The notes under the pieces are model-generated. The model saw only the letters and a list, made by a program, of their open reading frames with translations. It had not been told where the DNA came from and did not search any database. Below, piece after piece: positions 24,778-35,130 of a DNA stretch of 50,544 nt. Every line of letters starts with the position of its first letter. The first letter of the stretch is position 1. The stretch comes from a virus, in the IMG/VR virus record IMGVR_UViG_3300007352_000005, positions 1 through 50,544 of that record. One strand, written 5' to 3'. A program made the position numbers and the translations under genes.

Positions 24778-25902
24778 ATGGCATATCAAAAACCAGATTT
24801 AGGCGGTTCATTACTAAGAGGACTACAGGGAGCTAAAGCTTTGGAAGAGCTTGAGAAACTTAAACGAGAGGCTAAAACGGAGCAGGAACTTCGCGACGCC
24901 TTCACCACTCCTATAGCATCAACTACTCCTCAAACCACAGAGATTGAGGGCAAGGGAGTTAATTTAGGCACCACAGCGAGACCTCCTACTAAAGAAGAAG
25001 GTATTGCTAGAGCATATCAGATAGACCCGGATAAGGCCTCTAAGATTGAAGAGAATCTAATGAAGGCTAGAAATTATATTGAGAGTTCTAGACAACACAA
25101 GATAGCTTCGGATATGCAGGAAAAACGTAATAAGATAGGAATTATGTCTCATGCTTTAGAGGTATTTAAAGCTGGAGATAAAGAACAAGCTATAAAATTA
25201 CTACAAGAAAACGACCCTAATGATGACACTACAGATATTATTCAGGTTGGACAGGATGACTTTAGAGTAACCTCGAAAAAGAATCCAAAGGGAATCACCG
25301 TTAATCTTAAGCAATTAATCACTGCTGGTGCGACAATTGAAGAGCAATTCAAGCAGATGGAAGCTGATAAGCGGTTTAATATGGAGCTTAACAGAAAAGA
25401 GGCTAAGGACAAAGAAGGCTCAGCTGCTAGATTGAAACAAGCTAAAACTGTCACACAGGGTGAGAGACAAGCTATCTTTGCAGACCTGTCGGATAAATTC
25501 AAATCGTTCGCACCTTGGGCTGGCATGAGTGACGGTAAACAACGGAGTTTGTCTGAAGACGTAGCTCGTCGCACCAAAGAGCTGTACGCTGAAGCTCTTA
25601 ATCGTGGAGAGGAATTGCCTATCCAACAAGCCAAGGACCAAGCTTTAGGAGAGATTACGCCTAGAATCCGTGAAGCACGCAAAGGCAAGATAGGCTCCAA
25701 TAGTAATGCCAGATATTATTCTTCAGCCGCCGAAGTAATTAAAGACGGACTCAAGAAAGACCCTAGTCTGTTGTCTGTAGATGAAATGAAGAACATTCTC
25801 AAATATGGATTTAAACCAGAAGATGTAGACAACGCGGTTAAGAATGGCTTAATCTCCGCACAAGTGGCAGAGAATATAAAGAAAAAAGTGTGGGCTGAAT
25901 AA
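24778..25902 (+). CDS. internal virion / ejection protein (putative, 374 aa)
   Basis: Charged helical protein, assigned by position. Confidence 0.45.
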   Translation: MAYQKPDLGGSLLRGLQGAKALEELEKLKREAKTEQELRDAFTTPIASTTPQTTEIEGKGVNLGTTARPPTKEEGIARAYQIDPDKASKIEENLMKARNYIESSRQHKIASDMQEKRNKIGIMSHALEVFKAGDKEQAIKLLQENDPNDDTTDIIQVGQDDFRVTSKKNPKGITVNLKQLITAGATIEEQFKQMEADKRFNMELNRKEAKDKEGSAARLKQAKTVTQGERQAIFADLSDKFKSFAPWAGMSDGKQRSLSEDVARRTKELYAEALNRGEELPIQQAKDQALGEITPRIREARKGKIGSNSNARYYSSAAEVIKDGLKKDPSLLSVDEMKNILKYGFKPEDVDNAVKNGLISAQVAENIKKKVWAE

Positions 25903-28892
25903 TGGCTGAGGCCGCCCTAAGCTACGATAGTTTGTTTGGGGAAACATCTAGCCCTAAGGCGGGGGATGTTGCTGCGCCTGTGGTTAAGGAAAACACGAAG
26001 GACACTTATGATGACGTGTTTGGCACAACCGATGCCTCGAATAAGTCCGATTATGCGGATTTATTTGGCACTGATAAAGCCCCGGAAGAGCCTTCATTTA
26101 GTGAGGAAGTTTCGTACGGGTTTAAAGGCGACCATATAAACTCATGGCAAAAACTAGGGGATTGGCTGGATACATACTATCCGGGAACGTCTCTTGAGTT
26201 TGTTCGTCCTTCTAAAGCCTTGAAGTTAATGGCCGGTAGTATGGCCAAAGACCCGAAGATAATTCAATCTGCTCTAGACGACTACGCTAATATATTCGAC
26301 AATGCTAAGCGGAAGTACGGAGAGGACTATAACACCCTAACTCCAGACGAACGTCTAGTTAGACAGAAGGAATATAAGAACGCACAACTACAAGAGATGT
26401 ATCCTAATATACATGGCACGGAGAATGCCGACTCTTTTGGTGTAGGCGTTGGTCAGGCCTTAAGTGTCTTGGACGACCCTTTAGCTGCGGTGTCTTTAGG
26501 AGCAACATATATACAGTCTGCCCTTAGAACGGGAGGATTGTTAATGTTTGATAAGACAGCAAATGATTTAGGTAACACTGGAAAGGTAGATGTGTACGGA
26601 ACTAGCATAGCTGGAGGAGCAGGACTTATATTAGGGCCCTCCCTGCTGTTTGCTGGTAAATATGTTAGTAAGAAGTATGGAGAATATATTACTAATAAGC
26701 TTGATGAAATGGCGGAAGAGCCTGTCAAACTTATGAATAAAACTATTGATGATGTTAATGAGTTTATCATAGAAGCTAGAGCTACAGGTAGGGACGAGTT
26801 GGATAGTTTGCTATATGCCCTAGAAAAAACTGGGGTGAAGCACGACGACTTGTTCGGAGCTTTACTAGAAACTGATAGACGTTTGATTATTCCCAAGACA
26901 GCAGAGATGGCAGAAGATATGTTCTTAGGTGGCTCTGTGCGTACCTCTCGTATGGGCGGTAAGGTGTCTCAGTGGGTAGATGATTTCATTGAACCTGTGC
27001 AAGCAGGTATCAAGCGTATTTCTGGCGCTGTACATGGTAGGCTGATGAAGTATGAAGCTAATATACGGATTAAGTTGCATGACGCGATTGCCGAAGTTGG
27101 CCCTTTAAGGGAATATATACGTACTCTCCCTAAAGAATCTCAGGCTAGGTTCAATAGACTGTGGCAAGACCAAGACATTGACAGTATGAAACTATTTTTA
27201 AGACAGTCGCCAGAGGCCCTCCAAGCTTTTGAGAAAATCCGTCCTAGAATGGATGCACTCTATAAAGAATTAAAGGAAGTTGGATATAAAGACTTAGAGT
27301 ATATCGCCAACTACCTTCCTAGACAATTACTTGACTATGAGACATTAGTTAAGAAACTCCCGGCTAGACTACAAGACCGTATATCTGGAGCTGTGTCTGC
27401 CAAGGCCTCCAAGCTCGGGCGTAAGCTCACCGACTTAGAGGAAGCTGATACGATTAACAAAGCCTTAAGAGGAATAAGACCTAGTAAGGAAGGGCCTATC
27501 TCTGCTTCTAAAGAACGTAAGTTCTTAGAAAAGATACCTGAGGAATGGAGGGACCATTACGCTTCGTGGGATACTGCGTACACCCTGTATCTGAAGAAAG
27601 CTATTGGAGATGCAGAGAAACGTACGCTATTCGGTAGACATATTCAAATTAATAAAGACACTAACACCGTAGACATGGATAAGAGTATTGGCGCGGTAAT
27701 AGCCGCTGATAAAGAACTAATGCTTAACCCGGAAGCTAAGACTCGACTTGTAGAACTCCTGCAAGCAAGGTTTATAGCGGGAGAAGCTCCTACTAATAAG
27801 ATTGTGCAAAGTCTTAAGAACTTTATCTACACCACTACTCTCGGTAATATAAGAAATACATTAGAACAAGTAAAAGACATATCCCAATCGTTCTATAAAC
27901 AAGGACTATTCAATACGGTTAAAGCCCTGTCACAGGATAAGTTCGTCAGGGCAGTGGATATCGGTGTGTCTGATATTGCTAATGAACTTGAGCAATCTGC
28001 TATTAGGTCTGCTAGAAACATGGAACGGGCTTTGAGGTACAACGGCTTCTCCACTGTTGATAAGTTCGGAAAAACTGTACACATCAACGCCGCTATGCAT
28101 AGAATTCTTAGTGCTATAGCATCCCCGGAATCCAAGGGCTATAATGCGTTTGTAGCTAAATATACAGACATGTTTCCCGGAGAAGAGCTTGTTAAATTGA
28201 TGGATGACTTAAAGGCAGGTAATGTTTCGCATGATGTAAAGACATTATTGTTCACTGAATTGTCCCAAGTGCAGCCTATTTCCAAGAGTGTTACGCCTGT
28301 TAAATATTTACAAAATCCTAATGGTAGATTATTCTATTCGTTAAAGACTTTCCAATTAACTCAATTCAATGTGGTTAGGGAAGATATATTTAGGCAATAT
28401 GCGAAGGGTAATTACATGGAAGCTACTAAGAATCTAGTCAGATTCGGGGCATACACCTCACTTCTAGGAGTGCCGGTGGAAATGGTGAAAGCTATGTTGG
28501 CAGGGCATGAGGTCAGTGTGGACGACATCCCGGACATCGTGCTTAACAACTCGCTCAAGGTATTAGGCACTTCTGAGTATGCTCTTGCTAAATCTGCCTC
28601 GGGAAAAATTTCCAATCTTGTGTCTTCTCAGCTAGAGATACCTATCTGGTCAGTAGTAAATGCGGTTACATCTGACACAATAGCACTACATGAAGAATTC
28701 TTTGGTGATAGTTTCACTATGAAGGACGGCAAATTTCAGGACAAGCCGGGCCATGATTATAAATCACTCAAGTATGTCCCCTTAGTAGGAGATTTCATGT
28801 ACAAATATTTAGGCGGTGGGATGGAAAAAGCTGCCTATGAAGACAAGAAAAAGAAAGAAAAGAAAATAAATGATATGTTTAAAGGACACTAA
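25902..28892 (+). CDS. large internal virion / ejection protein (996 aa)
   Basis: Largest ORF in the window, at the end of the tail/ejection module. Three N-terminal Y-[DA]-x-[LV]-F-G motifs. No catalytic motif recognised. Confidence 0.5.
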   Translation: MAEAALSYDSLFGETSSPKAGDVAAPVVKENTKDTYDDVFGTTDASNKSDYADLFGTDKAPEEPSFSEEVSYGFKGDHINSWQKLGDWLDTYYPGTSLEFVRPSKALKLMAGSMAKDPKIIQSALDDYANIFDNAKRKYGEDYNTLTPDERLVRQKEYKNAQLQEMYPNIHGTENADSFGVGVGQALSVLDDPLAAVSLGATYIQSALRTGGLLMFDKTANDLGNTGKVDVYGTSIAGGAGLILGPSLLFAGKYVSKKYGEYITNKLDEMAEEPVKLMNKTIDDVNEFIIEARATGRDELDSLLYALEKTGVKHDDLFGALLETDRRLIIPKTAEMAEDMFLGGSVRTSRMGGKVSQWVDDFIEPVQAGIKRISGAVHGRLMKYEANIRIKLHDAIAEVGPLREYIRTLPKESQARFNRLWQDQDIDSMKLFLRQSPEALQAFEKIRPRMDALYKELKEVGYKDLEYIANYLPRQLLDYETLVKKLPARLQDRISGAVSAKASKLGRKLTDLEEADTINKALRGIRPSKEGPISASKERKFLEKIPEEWRDHYASWDTAYTLYLKKAIGDAEKRTLFGRHIQINKDTNTVDMDKSIGAVIAADKELMLNPEAKTRLVELLQARFIAGEAPTNKIVQSLKNFIYTTTLGNIRNTLEQVKDISQSFYKQGLFNTVKALSQDKFVRAVDIGVSDIANELEQSAIRSARNMERALRYNGFSTVDKFGKTVHINAAMHRILSAIASPESKGYNAFVAKYTDMFPGEELVKLMDDLKAGNVSHDVKTLLFTELSQVQPISKSVTPVKYLQNPNGRLFYSLKTFQLTQFNVVREDIFRQYAKGNYMEATKNLVRFGAYTSLLGVPVEMVKAMLAGHEVSVDDIPDIVLNNSLKVLGTSEYALAKSASGKISNLVSSQLEIPIWSVVNAVTSDTIALHEEFFGDSFTMKDGKFQDKPGHDYKSLKYVPLVGDFMYKYLGGGMEKAAYEDKKKKEKKINDMFKGH

Positions 28893-28894
28893 GT

Positions 28895-29167
28895 ATGGAA
28901 CAAGATGAGCGAGTAGCTGTCATAGAAACTAAAGTGGAACGTCTAGTGGAAGAAATAGACCAGCACAGGAAGGAACATGCCCTTGACCGGGAGGCTTTAA
29001 TGAGACGTATGGAAACCATGCATGTAGAGCTTATGGGAGAAATAGCCCCCATTAAGGCTGATTGGCAGAAATACAAAGGAGCAGCTGGTATGGCAGTGCT
29101 AGTAGCATCTATAATTTGGGCGGGTATAATGCTCTTTAAAGAGAATATTCTCTCTTGGTTTAAATGA
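28895..29167 (+). CDS. tail-anchored membrane protein (90 aa), lysis-cassette associated
   Basis: N-terminal coiled-coil-like segment and a C-terminal TM (AAGMAVLVASIIWAGIMLF). Overlaps the endolysin start. Confidence 0.5.
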   Translation: MEQDERVAVIETKVERLVEEIDQHRKEHALDREALMRRMETMHVELMGEIAPIKADWQKYKGAAGMAVLVASIIWAGIMLFKENILSWFK

Positions 29168-29511
29168 CTTTAGGCGAACATCAAGAAAAGTTTTTATATC
29201 TTTTATCCTTGTTGATAACAAAGATATATGAGCTTGGCTATAAAGGTAGAATAGGAGAAGCTCTGCGTACACCTGAACAAGCAGCTATCTATGCTGCCTC
29301 TGGTAAAGGTATATCTAATTCCCTGCATACAGTTAAGCTGGCTATTGACATAAACATTACTAAAGACGGTGTGCTCCTAACAGACGGGATGCAGTTTGAA
29401 GACATTGGGGTGTATTGGGAATCACTGGACTCTGGATGTAACTGGGGCGGGAGATTCAAAGATGGAAACCATTTCAGTTATTCGTGGGCAGGACTTAAAG
29501 GTGTGAAATGA
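29164..29511 (+). CDS. endolysin, peptidase M15 (VanY / L-Ala-D-Glu peptidase-like)
   Basis: RTPEQAAIY, SNSLHTVKLAIDIN and GGRFKDGNHFSYSW correspond to the His/Asp/His zinc-ligand pattern of the M15 family. Confidence 0.75.
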   Translation: MTLGEHQEKFLYLLSLLITKIYELGYKGRIGEALRTPEQAAIYAASGKGISNSLHTVKLAIDINITKDGVLLTDGMQFEDIGVYWESLDSGCNWGGRFKDGNHFSYSWAGLKGVK

Positions 29512-29924
29512 ATATATTAGATTTAATTGGCGGGATATTTAAACCAGCAGCAGACTTAGTAGACAACCTTCACACTTCAGATGAAGAGAAACTATTGCTT
29601 CGTAATAAGTTTGCTGAGATTGAGAGTTACTTAAAGATTAAACTCACTGAGTTTCAGTTGGAGTTTGGTAAGCTTCAAGCATCTGTTATCAACGCCGAGG
29701 CTGGTGGGGATAGTTGGCTGCAACGTAATTGGCGTCCCCTTACGATGGTTACCTTTGTCACATTGGTTGTGGCTAAATGGCTAGGGTGGGTTGCCCCCGG
29801 AATTACGGAGGCAATGGAGTTGAAGTTGCTAGATATTATTGAGATTGGACTTGGCGGGTATATAGTTGGTAGGAGTGTAGAGAAGGTGGCGGATAAGATG
29901 AAGGACTTCCTTAAGAAGGAATAA
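29508..29924 (+). CDS. holin (3-TM, GTA-type holin family-like)
   Basis: AEAGGDSWLQRNWRPLTMVTFVTLVVAKWLGW plus further hydrophobic segments. Adjacent to the endolysin. Confidence 0.6.
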   Translation: MNILDLIGGIFKPAADLVDNLHTSDEEKLLLRNKFAEIESYLKIKLTEFQLEFGKLQASVINAEAGGDSWLQRNWRPLTMVTFVTLVVAKWLGWVAPGITEAMELKLLDIIEIGLGGYIVGRSVEKVADKMKDFLKKE

Positions 29925-30186
29925 TACGGTTCTTCCTGATGTAATACACCATCTGTATAAACCAGACAGTGTTGGCTAAGGTGACAAACATCCCTCCACA
30001 AAAGCTAACCCATTGGTCAAGAGAAGGATAGTAATAAAGATTCCAATATCCCCATAAACCAAAGAATAAAACAGGCGTCCAATGGACGCCTTTTATTTGC
30101 TTATCTCTATATAAGGTGAGGACATTCATCCATAGAATAATACCCCCTCCTACCTCAAACAACCCATTAATCAAATCATTAGTCAT
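29911..30186 (-). CDS. membrane protein (91 aa, about 3 TM)
   Basis: Last gene of the leftward block. Its stop region overlaps the holin stop by 14 nt (convergent). Confidence 0.5.
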   Translation of the reverse strand: MTNDLINGLFEVGGGIILWMNVLTLYRDKQIKGVHWTPVLFFGLWGYWNLYYYPSLDQWVSFCGGMFVTLANTVWFIQMVYYIRKNRIIPS

Positions 30187-30577
30187 GTCGTAAGTGTATC
30201 CATCGTGAGCCTATACTCTCTACCTTAAACCCGCACTTAATTAGTAGGTTAATACTGCGGATGTTATGCACACTGGCATAAGTGAGGAGCCAGTAGTTCT
30301 GCCGTAGTGCCCATTTAACAGCTCTCTTAACTAGAATAGCTCCGAGCCCTACTCCCCTATTCTCTCTCCTTATACCAATAAAACTAATCCAACAGGCATC
30401 ATCCCTGATGGTAGCTAATACATATCCCTGTACTCTTCCCTTCCTCACTCTACAAAACACCTTACCTCCCTTAGCCAGCTCTTTCTTTAGTTCCCTCATA
30501 GAAAGACCAGCATCAGGAAAGTAAGATTCGTTCATCTTAACTATCTGTCTTAGGACATTACTATCCGACAATTTCAT
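30179..30577 (-). CDS. GNAT-family N-acetyltransferase
   Basis: Acetyl-CoA motif RGVGLGAILVKRAVKWA. Confidence 0.75.
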   Translation of the reverse strand: MKLSDSNVLRQIVKMNESYFPDAGLSMRELKKELAKGGKVFCRVRKGRVQGYVLATIRDDACWISFIGIRRENRGVGLGAILVKRAVKWALRQNYWLLTYASVHNIRSINLLIKCGFKVESIGSRWIHLRHD

Positions 30578-31160
30578 AATATGTACTTAGGAACGCTTGC
30601 TCCACTACCTTAGACCTCTCCGGCGTAATCTTAAATTTAGACAATCTATCCGAAGTAAATGTCTCATCCCAGTTCTGCATACTCTCTATCTCATCCCTAC
30701 GGATATACTTATCCACCGAATGAATAATAGAATGAATGTTCTCAGGTAGCCCAAAGCTTTTCATCAAATGCTTCTGTAGCCTCTTCTCCATAGATTTAAA
30801 GTCTGGCAGGAATTGCTTAATAGGACTAGGCATATCTGGAATGTACGCTTCTGTAGCATCGTGAAGCAGAGCCTGTAAGCTAAAGAGTCTAAGAGATGAT
30901 GGATGTATGTTAGGATTGATGTCCTTCATAACTTGAGTGGCGTGCTTCTCCACTATCAAGCTGTGTTGCCCCACGGAATAAAAATCCTTAAGATGTCCGT
31001 TATACCTACACACTAGGGACAGAGCGTGTGCTATGTCCCTAATGTCGGGCACCAACTGTTCGGGTTGTTGGGGATAGAAGTAGCCACCAGTGAAGGTGCG
31101 TATATATCCGTGAGCGTTCCACTCTACCGTTTTAGGCTGACTTAACATTGGCCATCTCAA
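30561..31160 (-). CDS. HD-domain phosphohydrolase (YfbR-like 5-prime-deoxynucleotidase type)
   Basis: DIAHALSLVCRYNGH, YSVGQHS and LLHDATEAYIPDMPSPIK. Confidence 0.75.
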   Translation of the reverse strand: MRWPMLSQPKTVEWNAHGYIRTFTGGYFYPQQPEQLVPDIRDIAHALSLVCRYNGHLKDFYSVGQHSLIVEKHATQVMKDINPNIHPSSLRLFSLQALLHDATEAYIPDMPSPIKQFLPDFKSMEKRLQKHLMKSFGLPENIHSIIHSVDKYIRRDEIESMQNWDETFTSDRLSKFKITPERSKVVEQAFLSTYYEIVG

Positions 31161-31422
31161 TAGCAGGAACTTCCTGCCGTCTAACTGGAGGATTAGGCTC
31201 TTTAATCATAACGAAAGTCCATCCTTCCTTAGGCACAGTTTCCATTACAATGCCCTTTGGGAATTTAACTTCCCCTTTAAACTTCACCAACCTGCCTAGC
31301 ACATTAGCTTCTACAAATGTACCACTGGACAAATCTTCCGCAGCTTGGATGTATACATACTGACTACCGTCTGGATACTGGAGAACAGCTCCATTAGGAT
31401 GCTTGTTTTTTGCGTCTGACAT
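31132..31422 (-). CDS. hypothetical protein (96 aa)
   Basis: ORF in the gene chain. Confidence 0.5.
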   Translation of the reverse strand: MSDAKNKHPNGAVLQYPDGSQYVYIQAAEDLSSGTFVEANVLGRLVKFKGEVKFPKGIVMETVPKEGWTFVMIKEPNPPVRRQEVPAIEMANVKSA

Positions 31423-31473
31423 TATGAGTATTTCCTCTTTAGATATTCTAGTGACACAGGCATGGGATAATCC

Positions 31474-31809
31474 CTAGCCATTTCTTATTTTAAAATTTTC
31501 AATAGTTACTTCTACGGACTTTCTTCGTTTAGAAGAAAACCATGTGTATAGAGCCACACATACAGCGTAAACCTCATTCTTTTTTCTAAGTCTCCAGTAA
31601 TGAACCTTAGAGGCATTAGGGCCTAGCACTTTTCCCCCGAATAACTGGACAAGCATGTGTAGCAATTCAGGGTCTTTTTGATAGCACACTATGTAAGCAC
31701 TAGGATTTTTATTTCGTTGGCTTGGAGAGTCAAGTCCTATAGAACCTTCGCCATCTATAAACCCCGCCGCCCATGCTAAATTTTCTCTAGTCCAATTACT
31801 ACTATCCAT
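31474..31809 (-). CDS. LAGLIDADG homing endonuclease (single-motif, short)
   Basis: LAWAAGFIDGEGSIG motif and LVQLFGGKV. 111 aa. Overlaps the upstream gene stop by 8 nt. Confidence 0.7.
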   Translation of the reverse strand: MDSSNWTRENLAWAAGFIDGEGSIGLDSPSQRNKNPSAYIVCYQKDPELLHMLVQLFGGKVLGPNASKVHYWRLRKKNEVYAVCVALYTWFSSKRRKSVEVTIENFKIRNG

Positions 31810-32572
31810 ATCTTTGCTTCAAGAAATTTATGGATACTGGGCAAGGATAATAAAACCCATCCCGCACTTCGTGCTTCATCCATATCTGTCTATGCTTGGG
31901 ATTCCCCTGAGGGCCTAAGTAATCTTCATCATGCAGACAGAACGACCCGGCAAACAGTCCTAGGATAGGTGTGCCGTCTCCCTTCACCTGTGACATATCA
32001 AGCTCTGTGTTCTGTACATGGCCCATAGTGCAGCTCATGTGCTTCTTCGTACACAATGCTCTAGCACTGGTGACAGGTCTGCCCATTACACCTGTAGTGA
32101 AATAGTGGCAGTACATGATGCCATCAATCTCTATAGGCTGTAGGAAGGGAACCACCTTCCAACCAAACTCCTCAAACTTAAGGTCGTCAATGCTAACGGT
32201 ACCTTCCAGCTTACGGTCTGCTTCCACTACTTTATTAATTCTATTCTCATGGTTACCCAATGTAAGGACAAACTTAGGATTCCACGGAGACTTGGTCTTC
32301 TTAGACCTAGCTATCTCCTTATTGATAGGAGCAAACAATAAATGCTGCGCTTCATGCACCGCCTCACAGTCTGCTTTATATGTCCTGCCCTCGTAGCTCT
32401 TCTTCCCTATATCATAAGAGCTAAGGCTAGACATATCAGCAAAATCTCCAATATGTACAATAACGTCTGGTCGTTTCTCGGCAGCATATTCTCCAGCCCA
32501 TGTGAAGTGGTCAAGCTTTACCTTAGGCTTTACCTGTGTATCAGGTATTACCATGTGTTTCTTATTTCGCAT
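31802..32572 (-). CDS. calcineurin-like metallophosphoesterase / protein phosphatase
   Basis: VIVHIGDFADM and TLGNHENR. Confidence 0.75.
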   Translation of the reverse strand: MRNKKHMVIPDTQVKPKVKLDHFTWAGEYAAEKRPDVIVHIGDFADMSSLSSYDIGKKSYEGRTYKADCEAVHEAQHLLFAPINKEIARSKKTKSPWNPKFVLTLGNHENRINKVVEADRKLEGTVSIDDLKFEEFGWKVVPFLQPIEIDGIMYCHYFTTGVMGRPVTSARALCTKKHMSCTMGHVQNTELDMSQVKGDGTPILGLFAGSFCLHDEDYLGPQGNPKHRQIWMKHEVRDGFYYPCPVSINFLKQRYG

Positions 32573-32673
32573 TAGCTTCCTCTTTATTAGCTCTAGTCAT
32601 AAGACCTAACATCTTATTAGCCATACGTTCAATCTTCTCTTCTCTTGTTTCCTTAGTTACATCTAATTCAACA

Positions 32674-34371
32674 CTACGCACCACATGTACCGCCTTTTCC
32701 TGAGAGTTCACAAATATCGTCTTCTGCATATATCACTCCTTTATGATTTATCGCTTCTTTATATTCTACTCTTGTGAGTGGCTGACCACCTCTGCTACCG
32801 TCTGGATAACAAGTGAATCCCCTAAGACGCTGAGCGTATCGGCTAAGAATAGTGGAGAAACTCTTAACGTCCCTCTCTTCATTCCCTCTCGTGCCCCAAG
32901 GCGGGAGATTAATAGTGGATGATATGGACATATCAACGTAATCTTGCACATCTGCTTGGAACTTGATTCTTCGTTCATAATCCTCCGCTAAATCTAATGC
33001 TGTCTCTATCTTGTCTGGATTGAGTCCATATTTCTTAATCATATTGTCTGCCACTGCATCAACTACAAATTCGTATTTCCATTTCGTTCCTTCTGTGAGA
33101 TATCGGCGCTTATAAGCAACAGCGAATAGAGGCTCGATTCCAGTAGTTGTACTAGCCAAGATACCAATGCTTCCAGTAGGAGCAATGGCACGATAAGCAA
33201 CAGGACGGCTAATATAAAGACGGTCACAATGTTCATTCGCAGCACGCTCAGACTCCGACTTATAAACAGCAAGCCATTTGTGAAGCTCTTCAGATACTTC
33301 ATATTTCATTCCTCTTTTGAGTAGCCATTCGTGAATCCCCATGAGGCCGAGGCCAAGGCGTCTATTCTTTTCCCTTACTTGATGAACCTTAGGATAAGGT
33401 AAATCAGCCCTAATTGTACCACAAACCAAGAACTTAGAAGCCACGGCAACGATACTGCGAAACTCCTCAAGGTCTGTAATAGCACCGATGTTGACGCTAC
33501 CGAGATTACACACGTCAGAATCGTCAGCGCTAGTAACTTCTGTACAGGCGTTACGCAATGTTTCATTTTCTTTATCTCCAAAGTTAAAACTAAAGCCCGG
33601 CTCACCAGTACTCATAGCCTGTCTACAATTCTCTAGGAATATAGGATTAATAGCGCGTCTGTCACTGTCACTATTACCGACCTTTGGGCCATTAATATCC
33701 AACCAAGCATTATCATAATTAACACTGATGTTAGTCATATCCAAGGGAGCAGGGAAATTAAAGTTCTCTTGCTTCGCTTGCTTTACAGTGTAGCCGCTAC
33801 TACCAATCTTAATGTTCTGCCAATTCTTAGCGTGCAGGAATTCCTGTACATCGGAGTGCTGCCAATTAAGAGAAGCGTATATCGCGCTTCTGCGCGACCC
33901 GCCCTGCATAACATTACGTCCCACTTCATTGATGGTGTACATCAAAGGAATAGGCCCACTGGAAATCCCGCCTGTTCTATGCAGGAGTCTTCCTGACGCC
34001 CGTAGTCTACTGTAATCAATGCCGATGCCCCCGCCTGTCATTAGACAGGACATAGCTCGCTGTGTTACAGCTGCCCATTCCTCTCTTGTGTCTTCCTCCG
34101 CACGGAGAAGGTAACAGTTATTGTAAAATTTTGCCGGCCTACCGGAATAATAGATATACCTGCCACCCGGCAAGAACTTAAACTTCGTAATAGCTTGGGT
34201 AAGGAATTCTCTTTCTTCTTTAGAAAGGAGAGGGTGCTCCGTTCCACCATTAGTGCCGCATATAGAATCAACAATAGTAATCGCTCGTTGAGCCCACGTC
34301 TCAGATTGCGTAAGCGCATACTTGTTCTGGAAAATATGTTTACTAAATTCATTTTTAAACTCACTGGTCAT
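32674..34371 (-). CDS. nrdJ: ribonucleotide reductase, class II (cobalamin-dependent) type
   Basis: NCYLL, MTGGGIGIDYS, GGSRRSAIYA, NACTEV, VCNLGSVN, APTGSIGILASTTTGIEPLFA and a C-terminal Cys pair CELSGKGGTCGA. The window has no beta subunit and no NrdD/NrdG. ATG at 34371; the track start at 34383 is a TTG. Confidence 0.8.
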   Translation of the reverse strand: MTSEFKNEFSKHIFQNKYALTQSETWAQRAITIVDSICGTNGGTEHPLLSKEEREFLTQAITKFKFLPGGRYIYYSGRPAKFYNNCYLLRAEEDTREEWAAVTQRAMSCLMTGGGIGIDYSRLRASGRLLHRTGGISSGPIPLMYTINEVGRNVMQGGSRRSAIYASLNWQHSDVQEFLHAKNWQNIKIGSSGYTVKQAKQENFNFPAPLDMTNISVNYDNAWLDINGPKVGNSDSDRRAINPIFLENCRQAMSTGEPGFSFNFGDKENETLRNACTEVTSADDSDVCNLGSVNIGAITDLEEFRSIVAVASKFLVCGTIRADLPYPKVHQVREKNRRLGLGLMGIHEWLLKRGMKYEVSEELHKWLAVYKSESERAANEHCDRLYISRPVAYRAIAPTGSIGILASTTTGIEPLFAVAYKRRYLTEGTKWKYEFVVDAVADNMIKKYGLNPDKIETALDLAEDYERRIKFQADVQDYVDMSISSTINLPPWGTRGNEERDVKSFSTILSRYAQRLRGFTCYPDGSRGGQPLTRVEYKEAINHKGVIYAEDDICELSGKGGTCGA

Positions 34372-34549
34372 CGCGCCCCACAATATAATCTATCTCGGAT
34401 TTAAGTTCTGCAATACGGTCGGCTGCTTCCTGTAAATCCAGCACTGTGCCCCCGCATTCTACACACACCTTCTTTTCTGAATGCACTATAATATATCCCC
34501 TATTCACCTCATAACAGCTATCGCATAGGTGCCCTCCTGTATTAGTCAT
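34361..34549 (-). CDS. zinc-ribbon protein (62 aa)
   Basis: The internal ATG at 34549 overlaps the upstream stop. CDSC...CVECG. Confidence 0.5.
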   Translation of the reverse strand: MTNTGGHLCDSCYEVNRGYIIVHSEKKVCVECGGTVLDLQEAADRIAELKSEIDYIVGRDDQ

Positions 34550-34910
34550 TGTCTCGTTCCTCGTTTGTAATCTGTTGGTGACACTCCTTACACACAGTTC
34601 GTAGCTTATCACTAGATACAAATAGCTTACGAACAAAATCAGCAAGATGGTCGTAGGATTTTAATGTGCCTACTGGCTCGATGTGGTCTACCTGCACGTT
34701 CTTCTGCATATGCCATTTTTTACAGACAGCACACTTAATCTCCCACTTATGTCTCTTGCCTACTACAGCTCTTCTGGATTCCTTAATGGCGTCAAATCTC
34801 GGAGGCCACATCACCCATTTCCTTCTTAGCCCACTACGTACGAATGACCAGAACTTAGCATCACTCCAAGCAGGATAGTTTTTATTGGGAGGGGTTTTCT
34901 TGGACACCAA
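34542..34910 (-). CDS. HNH endonuclease
   Basis: CAVCKKW...VQVDHIEPV...CKECHQQ. Confidence 0.7.
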   Translation of the reverse strand: MVSKKTPPNKNYPAWSDAKFWSFVRSGLRRKWVMWPPRFDAIKESRRAVVGKRHKWEIKCAVCKKWHMQKNVQVDHIEPVGTLKSYDHLADFVRKLFVSSDKLRTVCKECHQQITNEERDND

Positions 34911-35130
34911 GAAGTTCCTGTCTAATAGTTTGTAGAGCAGCTATCAGGCTGTCTAATTCCTTAGTAACCTCACCCACATCGCCGCTAGCTATAGTGGTGT
35001 GCCGCTCATAGTCTAACAACTTAACCGCCGAGTATAAAAGAACTTTACCAGAAGTGTCATATTCTTTTTCTAGCAAGATAGTGCCGTTGTCAATTCTAAA
35101 GACATCAAATTTATATTGCTTCTTACTCAT
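34882..35130 (-). CDS. hypothetical protein (82 aa)
   Basis: ATGA coupling with the upstream micro-ORF. Confidence 0.5.
   Translation of the reverse strand: MSKKQYKFDVFRIDNGTILLEKEYDTSGKVLLYSAVKLLDYERHTTIASGDVGEVTKELDSLIAALQTIRQELLGVQENPSQ

Noticed and set aside
25902-28892. The 996-aa virion protein as an injected RNA polymerase that could read the 18-nt motif
   Set aside because: I could not find single-subunit RNA polymerase motifs (the catalytic Asp motifs A and C, or a T7-like specificity loop) in the translation. The idea remains testable only by structure prediction.
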